DNA from: Candidatus Caldarchaeum sp.
Lineage (GTDB): Archaea; Thermoproteota; Nitrososphaeria_A; Caldarchaeales; Caldarchaeaceae
Direction of reading: 5' to 3'
Assembly (NCBI GenBank): GCA_038844785.1
Contig: JAWBRA010000023.1
Location: forward strand, 1-26,630
DNA: 26,630 nt
Shown: positions 16,803 through 25,894 of the stretch, piece by piece
How positions within the stretch are numbered: the stretch's first letter is position 1
How the letters are laid out: each line of letters begins with the position of its first letter
Made by a program: the position numbers and the translations under genes
Notes under the pieces: model-generated
Told to the model about the DNA's origin: nothing
Database searches by the model: none
The model's input: the letters and a program-made list of their open reading frames with translations, nothing else

Positions 16803-17681
16803 TTGATAGACCCCAACTCTTTTTTTCAGTCAATCGTTTCTGGACTGCTGCTGGGAGCGGTTTATGGGCTGGTGGCAGTAGGACTAAACTTAATCTACGG
16901 CGTGATGGAGACAATCAATTTTGCTCACGGAGAGTTTGTGATGCTTTCAATGTACATCGCATATTTGCTCAACACGTACTACAACATCGACCCAATAGCC
17001 TCTCTCCTTGGCTCGGTACCCGTGGCGATGGCAATAGGGCTTGCTGTTCAGAGGTTGCTAATCAGGCCAACGCTCAACTCACCTCTATTAATTCAGTCCT
17101 GTATCACATTCGGACTTCTACTCTTCCTACAGAACGCCGCGCTTCTCACCTTCGGGGCAGACTTTAAGATTATTAGTGTGCCGATACTTGAAACAGTAGT
17201 TCAGATAGGTTACGTCAGGGTTAGCCTTGCCAGCATCTTAGCGGCAGCAGCTAGCATAATTTCAGTAGCCTTACTTTATATGTTTCTGAAATATACTTTC
17301 ACAGGGACCGCCATCAGGGCTACAGGTCAAAACAGGTGGGCTGCATTTCTGCTAGGCATTCCGGTAGACAGGATACATGGACTTTCCTTCGCCTTAGCCG
17401 CTGGTCTGGCAGCGGTGGCTGGTACGTTCACAGCCACAATCTTTTGGATACATCCAACAGTTGGTGAGATTTTCATCCTGAGGGCGTTCATAATAGTGGT
17501 TTTGGGCGGTATGGGAAACGTTTTTGGAGCATTCGTCGGGGGGCTGATAATAGCGGTTGCCGAAAGCTTAGGTGCCTTTCTCCTAAGCCCTTCCCTAAAG
17601 GAAGCTATAGCGCTGGCGCTTTTCATCATCGTTCTGCTTTTCAGGCCGTGGGGAATGTTCGCTAGGGCTAGGAGGTTCTAG
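16803..17681 (+). CDS. livH: HAAT ABC transporter permease LivH
   Basis: GLNLIYGVM..INFAHGEF, GTAIRA, VVLGGMG and LLFRPWG motifs. Confidence 0.92.
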   Translation: MIDPNSFFQSIVSGLLLGAVYGLVAVGLNLIYGVMETINFAHGEFVMLSMYIAYLLNTYYNIDPIASLLGSVPVAMAIGLAVQRLLIRPTLNSPLLIQSCITFGLLLFLQNAALLTFGADFKIISVPILETVVQIGYVRVSLASILAAAASIISVALLYMFLKYTFTGTAIRATGQNRWAAFLLGIPVDRIHGLSFALAAGLAAVAGTFTATIFWIHPTVGEIFILRAFIIVVLGGMGNVFGAFVGGLIIAVAESLGAFLLSPSLKEAIALALFIIVLLFRPWGMFARARRF

Positions 17682-17683
17682 CG

Positions 17684-18658
17684 TTGAACACGGTGAGGCT
17701 TCTAGCTGGTTTGGCCGTAGTGTTCCTACTGGTAGCACCGCCTCTACTGCCTGTCTACCATCAGAACGTCCTCACATTTACTGTTCTCATGGCATACCTA
17801 GGTGTCGCTTGGAACATTTTAGGCGGTCTCACGGGGGCAGGCTCGTTCGGTCATTCCGCCTTTTTTGGCATAGGTGCCTACACGTCCTCAATGCTGTACA
17901 TTACTATGCGTCTCACGCCGTGGGCGGGTATGCTTGTAGGCGCCGTTATGAGCGCGATAGCGGCTGCTGTCTTCGGGTATCTTACGTTCAGGTTTGGAAT
18001 TAAAGGTCATTTCTTTTTCCTCGCCACCATAGCGTTTGCAGAAATATTGCGGAACATAGTGATGAACACGGAAGCCTTAGGCGGTGCACGTGGTTTACCC
18101 ATCCCCCTGACCGAAGAAGACTCGTTGATAGATTTCCAGTTTCACACATGGCGAGCCGCTTACTACTACATCGCATTAATGCTGTTAGTGTTTGGGTTAG
18201 CTGTTTTTCGTCTCATACACACCTCCAGCCTCGGTCTTCGTTTGATGGCCATAAAGGATGACGAGGAGAAGGCTGCATGCCTCGGTGTTAACACGCTGGC
18301 CCATAAAGTGTTGGCCTTCGTCATCAGCGCGGCCATGACAAGCATAGGGGGGACATTCTATGCACAGTATGTCCTTTACGTAGAGCCGACCGTAGTTCTT
18401 GGGGTACCATTCTCAGTTCAAATAGTTTTGCTGACTGTAATAGGCGGTTTGGGCACATTCATCGGGCCGGTTTTAGGCGCGTTCATCATGCAGCCAATAA
18501 TAGAATACATGAGGATATTTTTCGGAAGGTTTGGAGGGTTAGATCTTATGCTGGCCGGCATTGCGTTGATCTTGGTCTCACTGCTGAAACCATCGGGAAT
18601 AATATACATGCTAGCACCATCGTCAACAGCGAAAGCTAAAACTTTAGCCAGGACCTGA
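17684..18658 (+). CDS. livM: HAAT ABC transporter permease LivM
   Basis: WNILGG.TG..SFGHSAFFGIGAY, F.LATIAFAEI, GLRLMAIKDDE and IGGLGT..GP motifs. Confidence 0.92.
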   Translation: MNTVRLLAGLAVVFLLVAPPLLPVYHQNVLTFTVLMAYLGVAWNILGGLTGAGSFGHSAFFGIGAYTSSMLYITMRLTPWAGMLVGAVMSAIAAAVFGYLTFRFGIKGHFFFLATIAFAEILRNIVMNTEALGGARGLPIPLTEEDSLIDFQFHTWRAAYYYIALMLLVFGLAVFRLIHTSSLGLRLMAIKDDEEKAACLGVNTLAHKVLAFVISAAMTSIGGTFYAQYVLYVEPTVVLGVPFSVQIVLLTVIGGLGTFIGPVLGAFIMQPIIEYMRIFFGRFGGLDLMLAGIALILVSLLKPSGIIYMLAPSSTAKAKTLART

Positions 18659-19349
18659 CCAAGTCTTCCATCGACTTCATGAACGTGTTTACTCCGCCCT
18701 CGAACGTGACCTCCCCTCTTTCAAGCACATAAACATAGTCGGCTATCTTGACGGCTTCCCTAATGTTCTGGTCCACGATGAAGATTGTTTTTCCGGCGTT
18801 CTTAAGACCTGAGACCATAGACAAAAGTTCGAAGAGAACGTTGGGCGCAAGTCCAGCCGACGGTTCGTCCATCACGATGATCTGGGGAGCAAGCATGAGA
18901 GCGCGAGCAACCTCAAGCATTCTTTGCTGTCCGCCGCTTAGCAGAATTGACTTTTTCGTCCGCATCTTCTCTAGCACAGGGAACAAGGTGAAGATTTCTT
19001 CGATCCTTTTTCTAAGAAGACTCCTGTTGCCTCTTATCAGCCAGCCTGCCATCTTCAAGTTTTCCTCGACAGTAAGGTCCGGGAAAATACTCCTCTCCTG
19101 AGGCACGTATGCGACTCCTCTCTTGAGCATTTCTGCAGGCTCCAATCCTGTTACGTCGTCACCGTCGAGGAGAACCCTGCCGGACAAGGGGGGCAGCATG
19201 CCGAAAATTGTTTTAAGCAGTGTAGATTTTCCAGCACCATTTGGGCCGAAAAGCGCCGTAACACAGCCCTCACTAACACGAATGTCTACATCGCGGATTA
19301 CGGGTCTGTCACCATATCCCGAAGAAAGACGCTCAGTCCTAAGCTCCAC
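18636..19349 (-). CDS. livF: HAAT ABC transporter ATP-binding protein LivF
   Basis: GPNGAGKST, YVPQER.IF..LTVEENL, LSGGQQRML and MDEPSAGLAP. Confidence 0.92.
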   Translation of the reverse strand: MELRTERLSSGYGDRPVIRDVDIRVSEGCVTALFGPNGAGKSTLLKTIFGMLPPLSGRVLLDGDDVTGLEPAEMLKRGVAYVPQERSIFPDLTVEENLKMAGWLIRGNRSLLRKRIEEIFTLFPVLEKMRTKKSILLSGGQQRMLEVARALMLAPQIIVMDEPSAGLAPNVLFELLSMVSGLKNAGKTIFIVDQNIREAVKIADYVYVLERGEVTFEGGVNTFMKSMEDLVRSWLKF

Positions 19350-20058
19350 TCACACCACCTAAATAAGCTTCAATGACTTTAACATCTCTCCTGACTTCTT
19401 CTGGGCTGCCCTCCGAAATTATTTTGCCTAAGTTCATCACGATAACTCGCTGGGCAATGCTCATCAACGACGGTATTTCATGGCTAACTATGACAAAGGA
19501 CTTCCCAGCCTTTGAAAGGTCCAACACTATCTCACTTAGCCTTTCCCTCATCGATGGATGTAGTGCGGCAAAGGGCTCGTCTAGTAAGTAGAGTGTCGGG
19601 TCGCCCGCCGCCACAGTGGCGAACTCGAGGAGTTTTAGCTGACCTCCTGAAAGCTGGCCGGCAAGCCTATCTACCATTTTTTCCAGACCAACGAGTTCTA
19701 GAGCTTTGAAAGCTCTGTCCCTCCATGTGTCGTTGAACTTGGCTTCCACGCCGATACGCACGTTTTCAATTACTGAAAGCGTTGGAAACACACGGCTGAC
19801 CTGGAAAGTCCTCCCTATACCAAGCTTAGCTATCTTGTATGGGGGAAGGCCGTCAATCCTCCTACCGTTAAACCATATCTCTCCTGAATCGGGTTTGTAA
19901 AATCCTGAGATCAGGTTTAGCAGCGTTGTCTTTCCAGCCCCGTTGGGCCCCATTACACCCACTATCTCGCCTTGGTTAACCGAGAAGCTGCACGAATCCA
20001 CTGCGGTCAAGCTTCCAAACCGCTTGCTGAGCAGGTCAACCCTGAGCATCTCCAACAC
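19339..20058 (-). CDS. livG: HAAT ABC transporter ATP-binding protein LivG
   Basis: KRFGSL.AV, GPNGAGKTT, GIGRTFQ, LSGGQ, LLDEP and C-terminal VIEAYLG; alternative start ATG 20049. Confidence 0.92.
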   Translation of the reverse strand: MLEMLRVDLLSKRFGSLTAVDSCSFSVNQGEIVGVMGPNGAGKTTLLNLISGFYKPDSGEIWFNGRRIDGLPPYKIAKLGIGRTFQVSRVFPTLSVIENVRIGVEAKFNDTWRDRAFKALELVGLEKMVDRLAGQLSGGQLKLLEFATVAAGDPTLYLLDEPFAALHPSMRERLSEIVLDLSKAGKSFVIVSHEIPSLMSIAQRVIVMNLGKIISEGSPEEVRRDVKVIEAYLGGVSGA

Positions 20059-20161
20059 GTAGAAAGAAAACCCTGCTTAAAGTGTTTTTCAGCAAATTCT
20101 ACCTATACATCCGAAATGCAGGTACGCAGTTAAATCCAATTTCAGCGGCTGAAACGTTTGT

Positions 20162-21379
20162 TCATCGTACGGCAAAAAGTTTGGAAACTTCGTCAGCCAT
20201 CAAATCAGGATACATCTGTTTCGAGATAATTTCGGTGTTCGGGTCTTTGAGGGCGTGTCCGGTTGCTATGCAGACTATTGTTGAGTTTTTGTCGATCATC
20301 CCTTTCTCAGCCAGCCTTTTAACTCCGGCTAAAGAGGCTGCTGAAGCTGGTTCTACGCCTATGCCTACTTCTGAAGCCAACACACGCTGTGCTTCGAGGA
20401 TAAGCTCGTCGCTAACCTTCTCAGCTAAGCCTTCAGACTCTCTGACGGCTTTTAAAGCCTTCATCCAGTTCACGGGCTTGCCAATCCTTATCGCCGAGGC
20501 TATCGTCGAAGGGTTTTCAACAGGTATAAGCTTGTCGTCGCCGCGGTTGACCATGTCAACGAACGGTGACGCACCCTCGGCCTGGACGGCTATCAAGCGT
20601 GGAAACTGTCTTATCAAGTCCAGCGTATGTAGTTCTTTAAACCCTTTCCAAAGGGCTGAGATGTTGCCGCAGTTTCCCACGGGTATGCTTACAAGATAGT
20701 CGGTGGTTTTGAGCTCTTCCCATAGCTCGAATGCGAGGGTTTTCTGCCCTTCGATACGCCATGGGTTGACAGAGTTGAGTATGTATGATTCCGCCGAAAG
20801 CCGTGAACCCAAAACCATGCCTAGGGCCTTGTCGAAGCTTTCGCTGACCTGTAGGGTTTTGGCGCCATGAAGTATTGTTTGGAAAAGCTTTCCAAAGGCC
20901 ACCCCAGACCTGGGGATGACCACGACAGGCTTGAGTCCAGCCGCCGCTGCGTAAGCCGCCATCGAGGAGGCCGTGTTTCCCGTCGACGCGCAGACAACGA
21001 TGGATTTCTTGAGCTCAACGGCTTTAGTAACCCCGACGCTCATCCCCCTGTCTTTGAAGCTTCCAGTCGGGTTCAACCCCTCAAACTTTACTAGAATTCT
21101 CTTTACCCCCGCCCACCTAGCCGCTTTCTCAGCCTCATACAATGGCGTGCCACCCTCTTTCAACGTAACAGCAGCAGCCTTAACGGGGATCAGCTCACGG
21201 TAACGCCAGATGGTTTTTTCACGGCCCATCCATCCCTCAACCATGCTGCGGCCGTTCACGTCGTCGAGAATCATCCTGACCTCAAGCAGTGAGCCGCATG
21301 AGCTGCATCGGTATACCACTTCGTCAGCTGGGTATTCGGCTTTGCACAAAATGCATGCTTGAACAGCTGAGAGTTTCAC
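20162..21379 (-). CDS. thrC: Threonine synthase (PLP-dependent, with N-terminal Zn-ribbon)
   Basis: CILC...CSSC, EGGTPL, NPTGSFKDRG (PLP lysine), CASTGNT, PVGNCGN, EPASAA and TGHALKD. Confidence 0.92.
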   Translation of the reverse strand: MKLSAVQACILCKAEYPADEVVYRCSSCGSLLEVRMILDDVNGRSMVEGWMGREKTIWRYRELIPVKAAAVTLKEGGTPLYEAEKAARWAGVKRILVKFEGLNPTGSFKDRGMSVGVTKAVELKKSIVVCASTGNTASSMAAYAAAAGLKPVVVIPRSGVAFGKLFQTILHGAKTLQVSESFDKALGMVLGSRLSAESYILNSVNPWRIEGQKTLAFELWEELKTTDYLVSIPVGNCGNISALWKGFKELHTLDLIRQFPRLIAVQAEGASPFVDMVNRGDDKLIPVENPSTIASAIRIGKPVNWMKALKAVRESEGLAEKVSDELILEAQRVLASEVGIGVEPASAASLAGVKRLAEKGMIDKNSTIVCIATGHALKDPNTEIISKQMYPDLMADEVSKLFAVR

Positions 21380-21391
21380 GTCAAACCCTGC

Positions 21392-21580
21392 TTATGCAAA
21401 AAGAAGCAGCAGAGAGCCTGCAACCATCAGAGCCGTGAAGAAAGCCGTCAGCACACCTATTACAGGTATCGTGGAAAAAGACGTGACTGACATCTGGTAA
21501 GCGATGTAGCTTGAGCCCGTCAAAAGACAGGCCCCGACAGCCTTCAGCCCATACCTAACTACTGTCCTTGCTGAAACCAA
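21392..21580 (-). CDS. Small membrane protein (2 predicted TM helices)
   Basis: 62-aa hydrophobic ORF ending 12 nt before the thrC start, with a TTTATAAA box about 28 nt upstream. Confidence 0.6.
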   Translation of the reverse strand: MVSARTVVRYGLKAVGACLLTGSSYIAYQMSVTSFSTIPVIGVLTAFFTALMVAGSLLLLFA

Positions 21581-21818
21581 GCCGTTAAAACGGTCTAAAA
21601 CACCCTATTTATAAATTTCCGTTGAAAACAAATACACCCTATAAATGTTGTTGACGCATGTGCTCTGGAGAAACCAGAGCACGCTTACGGCATACCCAAG
21701 ACATGTTAGATAGGCTCTAAGGTGCTGGACCTGCTTAAGAAAGAAGCTGTGTTTAGGCGCGGCTAACGTTTGTTGAAGGCTAGATAATTTTTATTTATCA
21801 AGAGGCCGTTGATATTAC

Positions 21819-22964
21819 ATGCTGTCTGATGAGCAGGTTTTGATTCTTCAAACAGCCCAGAAGATCGGCGAGAAAGTTGGCCGCCGGTATTGGCTGCAGT
21901 GTGCGCGCGAGAAAAAACAGCCTGAGCTTGTCTGGGACGAGTTGCTGAAAGCCGGGCTCACGGGAGTTGGCACGGGGGTTGATGGCGGGGCTGGTTACGG
22001 GCTTTTGGAAGCCGTCCTCGTCCAAGAAGGCCTCGCACGTGCTGGGCTTCCGCTTCTACAGTTTCTGACAACACATCTCTCAAGGTCTATAATCGTAAAA
22101 CATGGTACAAGGTCTCAGGTTGAAAGGTTTGTAATCCCCACATGCAGCGAGGCGAGAAAAATAAGTTTCGCCGTCACCGAGGCCGAGGCTGGCTCCAACA
22201 CGTGGCGGATAAAAACCTTCGCTAAGAAAAAGAACGGAAGCTACATACTCACCGGCCAGAAAACTTTCATCACAGGAGCACGTGAGTCTGATTACATGCT
22301 CGTAGTGGCTAGGACGAAAAAATACGAGGAAGTGGTCGACAAACGCGAAGGCATATCCTTGTTTGTCTTCGAAACCAAGTCAAGCGGGATATCATTTGAG
22401 CCGCTCAACATAGAGTTATACTCTCCAGAAACACAATACACAGTTTATTTTGACGAAGTTGAGCTGGGTGCTGAAAACCTTATCGGACGTGAGGGGAGGG
22501 GGGTTGACTATTTGTTTGACGGCCTAAACGTCGAAAGGATTTTGATAGCGGCCTGCAGCATAGGCTTAGGCGAGCACGTACTGAGAAGGGCTGTAGAGTA
22601 TGCGAAGCAGAGGGTTGTCTTCGACAAACCTATAGGGGCTTACCAGGGTCTCCAGTTCCGGATGGCCAGCGCAAAAGCACATCTTGAGGCGGCTAGAATC
22701 CTGAACTATGATGCGGCCACACTCTACGATGCTGGGAAGAACGTGGGGGCAGAGGCCAACATGGCGAAGTACCTGGCTGCTGAAGCAGGGCTGGAGGCCT
22801 TTGAGATTGCGATGCAGACTCTAGGCGGCAACGCCTACGACCTCGACACCGATATGATCACCTTCTACCCTGTGATAAGGTTGTTTACAACAGCGCCGGT
22901 CACCAACGAGCTTGTCCTAAGCTACATCGGCAGACATGTCTTAGGCCTTCCCAAATCCTACTGA
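21819..22964 (+). CDS. Acyl-CoA dehydrogenase
   Basis: FAVTEAEAGSN, LTGQKTFITG, GISLF, LNVERI, YAKQRVVFDKPIGAYQGLQF and QTLGG. Confidence 0.94.
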   Translation: MLSDEQVLILQTAQKIGEKVGRRYWLQCAREKKQPELVWDELLKAGLTGVGTGVDGGAGYGLLEAVLVQEGLARAGLPLLQFLTTHLSRSIIVKHGTRSQVERFVIPTCSEARKISFAVTEAEAGSNTWRIKTFAKKKNGSYILTGQKTFITGARESDYMLVVARTKKYEEVVDKREGISLFVFETKSSGISFEPLNIELYSPETQYTVYFDEVELGAENLIGREGRGVDYLFDGLNVERILIAACSIGLGEHVLRRAVEYAKQRVVFDKPIGAYQGLQFRMASAKAHLEAARILNYDAATLYDAGKNVGAEANMAKYLAAEAGLEAFEIAMQTLGGNAYDLDTDMITFYPVIRLFTTAPVTNELVLSYIGRHVLGLPKSY

Positions 22965-22966
22965 AG

Positions 22967-24076
22967 GTGGCACGTATGGATGTCTGGATAGCTGGCGTAG
23001 GAGAGATACCTTGCAAACACCGTTACCCGGGGATGGATTTCAGAGAGATGCTGTACGAGGCAGCAAAAAAAGCCTATCAAGATGCTGGTATAACTCCGGC
23101 AGAAGTTGACGGAATAGTTTCCAGCGGAATGGATTTCTTCGAGGGAATTAGCATAACCGACTCATACACTCCGGATCAGGTTGGCGGGAGGCTGAAGTTT
23201 AACACGCTTGTCTCAAACGACGGGCTAAACGTTTTCATCCACGCATACATGCTTGTCAGGACAGGCTTTTTCAAAAATCTGATGGTCACAGCATACGCGA
23301 AACCCTCCAACATCATCAACTATCCGGAGATCATCCTCAACTCGTTTGACCCGCATGTAGTACGGCCTTTATGCCCGCATCACTATGTGATAGCGGCGCT
23401 GGATGCAAACGCATACCTGCGGAAAAACAATGCAGACACAACAGACCTGTCGCTGGTCTCGGTCAAGAATAAGAAGAACGCCTTAAAGAATCCCTCAGCA
23501 GCCTATGGTGGAGAAGTCTCGTTGGAGGATGTTGAAGGGTCTGAGAGTGTTTCGACGCCTTTGAAGAAAGGCCATGTAGCACAGCTCGCAGACTACGCCG
23601 CGGCAGTAATACTGACCTCCGACAAGAAGCTTGGGAAGGTTGTTGTGAAAGGTGTTGGGCAGGCGTTCGGCGGCTACTCATCCGACCTCGCTTTAAGGGA
23701 TTGGGGCACTGCGTTATGGGCCAAGTATGCGGTGGCGAAAGCGTTCAAGCAAGCCGGAACCAAAAAAGTAGATTTCGTCGAGGTTGCGGAGCCTTTCGCC
23801 CACACGGAGCTGATGTTTCTCGAATCGCTGGAGCTGGAGAAAGCTCCGCACAAAATGCTCAGGGACGGCAGCTTCAACACAGACGGCCAAATGCCTGTCA
23901 ACCCTTCAGGAGGATGTATCGGCATGGGCTATCCCCTCAACGCCGGCGGCCTCCAACGTTTGGTCCAGTCTGTCAAGCTGTTGACGACGGGAAAATGGAA
24001 GACCTGTTTAACGGCATCCCCGGACGGCGAGGTCGTTGACGCAGGTTCGGCGGTCTTTCTCAGCGGGGAGGTGTGA
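22967..24076 (+). CDS. Thiolase-fold (SCP2/Ltp-like) protein lacking canonical catalytic residues, subunit A
   Basis: IAGVG start, KNKKNALKNP.A, D.AAAVIL and PVNPSGG; no Cys at the nucleophile position and GYP in place of GHP. Alternative start ATG 22976. Confidence 0.88.
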   Translation: MARMDVWIAGVGEIPCKHRYPGMDFREMLYEAAKKAYQDAGITPAEVDGIVSSGMDFFEGISITDSYTPDQVGGRLKFNTLVSNDGLNVFIHAYMLVRTGFFKNLMVTAYAKPSNIINYPEIILNSFDPHVVRPLCPHHYVIAALDANAYLRKNNADTTDLSLVSVKNKKNALKNPSAAYGGEVSLEDVEGSESVSTPLKKGHVAQLADYAAAVILTSDKKLGKVVVKGVGQAFGGYSSDLALRDWGTALWAKYAVAKAFKQAGTKKVDFVEVAEPFAHTELMFLESLELEKAPHKMLRDGSFNTDGQMPVNPSGGCIGMGYPLNAGGLQRLVQSVKLLTTGKWKTCLTASPDGEVVDAGSAVFLSGEV

Positions 24077-24080
24077 TTTG

Positions 24081-25235
24081 TTGAACCGTCGGGTCGCTGT
24101 TGTGGGGGCTGGCATGACTTACTTCCGTTCGATGCAGCCTCTCACACCGCAAGAGCTGGTCTTCGAAGCTGTCAGAAAATGTTTAGACGACTGCGGGCTT
24201 TCCTTCAAAGACGTTGACGCGGTTGTCGCGGGGTCTGCCCCCGACGCGTTCGACGGCTATCATTACAAGGGTTTTCTCGCAGCCGATTCCGTTGAAGGCG
24301 TTGGAAAAATGTTTTCAAGGGTTTACGTCGGAGGCGGTACTGGTGTTGGGGTTGCGGTGGCTGGCTGGTGGCATGTGGCTTCAGGGGTTTTCGACAAAGT
24401 GCTTGTAATCGCTTGGGAGAAGATGAGCCATCCATATCCCCACGCCCAGCCTCTTTTCAAAACAATCTTCGACCCGGTGCTTGAGCAACCTTTAGGCCCC
24501 AACCTTATCTGGATATTCGCCCTTGAGATGCGACGTTACATGGAGATGCACCGTCTCTCCAAAGAGCTGATAGCGAGAGTGGCTGTAAAGAACAAGTCTA
24601 ACGCACTAGACCATCCCTACGCCCAGCTGGCCGCGAAGATAACAGTCGAAGACGTTTTGAAATCACCTGTGCTGGTCTGGCCTGTGAACAGGCTTGACAT
24701 AAGCCCGACTTCGGACGGGGCGGTGGCCCTGCTTCTCACTTCAGAGCATGAGGCGCGAAAGATCACAGACTCGCCTGTGTGGCTGGACGGCGTGGGCGCA
24801 TGCCTTGACAGCCAGTTCTGGACAAACCGCGACCTTGGCTATCCCTACTACGTCTACCTGGCGGCGCAGCAGGCTTACAAGATGGCGGGGATAACGAACC
24901 CGCTCAAGCAGATAGATGTTTTCGAGCCCTACGACCCGTTCACATACAAGGAGCTCCATCATCTAGATGCTCTTCTGGGCAAGCCTGGGCTGGCTCCGAA
25001 GCTGCTGGATGAAGGTCAGCTGGAAAGGGATGGAGACTGTCCGACATGTCCTTCGGGCGGGTTGCTGGGGGTGGGGAACCCAATAGCGGCAGCGGGGCTG
25101 ATGAAAGTGGCCGAGCTTTATTGGCAGCTTTCAGGCAGAGCCGGGAAGAGACAGGTTCCAAACGCCTACGTAGGGGTTGCGCAGGCTTGGGGGGATTTGA
25201 TGCAGGTAGGACAGGTGGTGGTGTGCAGGGCGTGA
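24081..25235 (+). CDS. Thiolase-fold (SCP2/Ltp-like) protein lacking canonical catalytic residues, subunit B
   Basis: GGAGGTG RBS at 24067-24073 before TTG 24078/24081; RVAVVGAGMT, EKMS, KNKSNAL.HP.AQ, DISPTSDGA, EPYDPF and PSGGLLGVGNP. Confidence 0.9.
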   Translation: MNRRVAVVGAGMTYFRSMQPLTPQELVFEAVRKCLDDCGLSFKDVDAVVAGSAPDAFDGYHYKGFLAADSVEGVGKMFSRVYVGGGTGVGVAVAGWWHVASGVFDKVLVIAWEKMSHPYPHAQPLFKTIFDPVLEQPLGPNLIWIFALEMRRYMEMHRLSKELIARVAVKNKSNALDHPYAQLAAKITVEDVLKSPVLVWPVNRLDISPTSDGAVALLLTSEHEARKITDSPVWLDGVGACLDSQFWTNRDLGYPYYVYLAAQQAYKMAGITNPLKQIDVFEPYDPFTYKELHHLDALLGKPGLAPKLLDEGQLERDGDCPTCPSGGLLGVGNPIAAAGLMKVAELYWQLSGRAGKRQVPNAYVGVAQAWGDLMQVGQVVVCRA

Positions 25236-25894
25236 CTAAAGCAACCTCAGCTAAATACACCCAAACCTACCTTCAGCAACTGCCAGAAGATGTCAGAAGA
25301 CTGTTCACAACGTATGACTTGATGAGGGATTTCGGCAGGCTTGAAAGCTGGGAGTCTTCGCTCGCCAAAAAATACACAGAGGTGGAGGGATGGGATATCG
25401 ACAACCTAATCCTCACACGTTGGCGTATAGTGTGCAGGCATGAACACATGGCTGGCCACGCTATCTCACGTTTTCTAAAAGGCCTTAAAGAGGGTAAAAT
25501 CCTTGGAACAAAATGTACAGGCTGCGGCCGTATCATGATACCGCCCCGAGTTTTCTGCGAATGGTGTTTCACAGATGTCAGCGAATGGGTTGAGCATAAC
25601 GGAGTCGGAAAAGTCTCCACATACTCTCTCTCCTACATAGGGACGGACCCGGGCGTAAGGCTTGAAAAACCTGTGATAGTTGCTGTGATATGGTTTGAGG
25701 ACACTCTTAGAACATGCGGTTCGTCGAAAACTGTTTTACATGCAGCGGGCATTCTGCACAAGCTGGACGGCGTAGAGCCTGACAAAGTCTATGTGGGGAT
25801 GCGTGTGCGACCGGTTTGGAAGGAGCCTGAGAAAAGGGTTGGCAGCATACTCGACATAGAATACTTCACGCCTGTCGAGGCTGGTAGGATATGA
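25232..25894 (+). CDS. DUF35 (ChsH2-like Zn-ribbon + OB-fold) protein with N-terminal extension
   Basis: GTG 25232 overlaps the upstream TGA; F..GLKEGKILGTKC..C....PPR.FC..C and GMRVRPVW...R.GSILDI.YF. Confidence 0.9.
   Translation: MTKATSAKYTQTYLQQLPEDVRRLFTTYDLMRDFGRLESWESSLAKKYTEVEGWDIDNLILTRWRIVCRHEHMAGHAISRFLKGLKEGKILGTKCTGCGRIMIPPRVFCEWCFTDVSEWVEHNGVGKVSTYSLSYIGTDPGVRLEKPVIVAVIWFEDTLRTCGSSKTVLHAAGILHKLDGVEPDKVYVGMRVRPVWKEPEKRVGSILDIEYFTPVEAGRI

Noticed and set aside
21641-21766. Stop-interrupted frame INVVDACALEKPEHAYGIPKTC*IGSKVLDLLKKEAVFRRG* as a pseudogene or pyrrolysine readthrough
   Set aside because: No start codon, no recognisable family, and too short to support.
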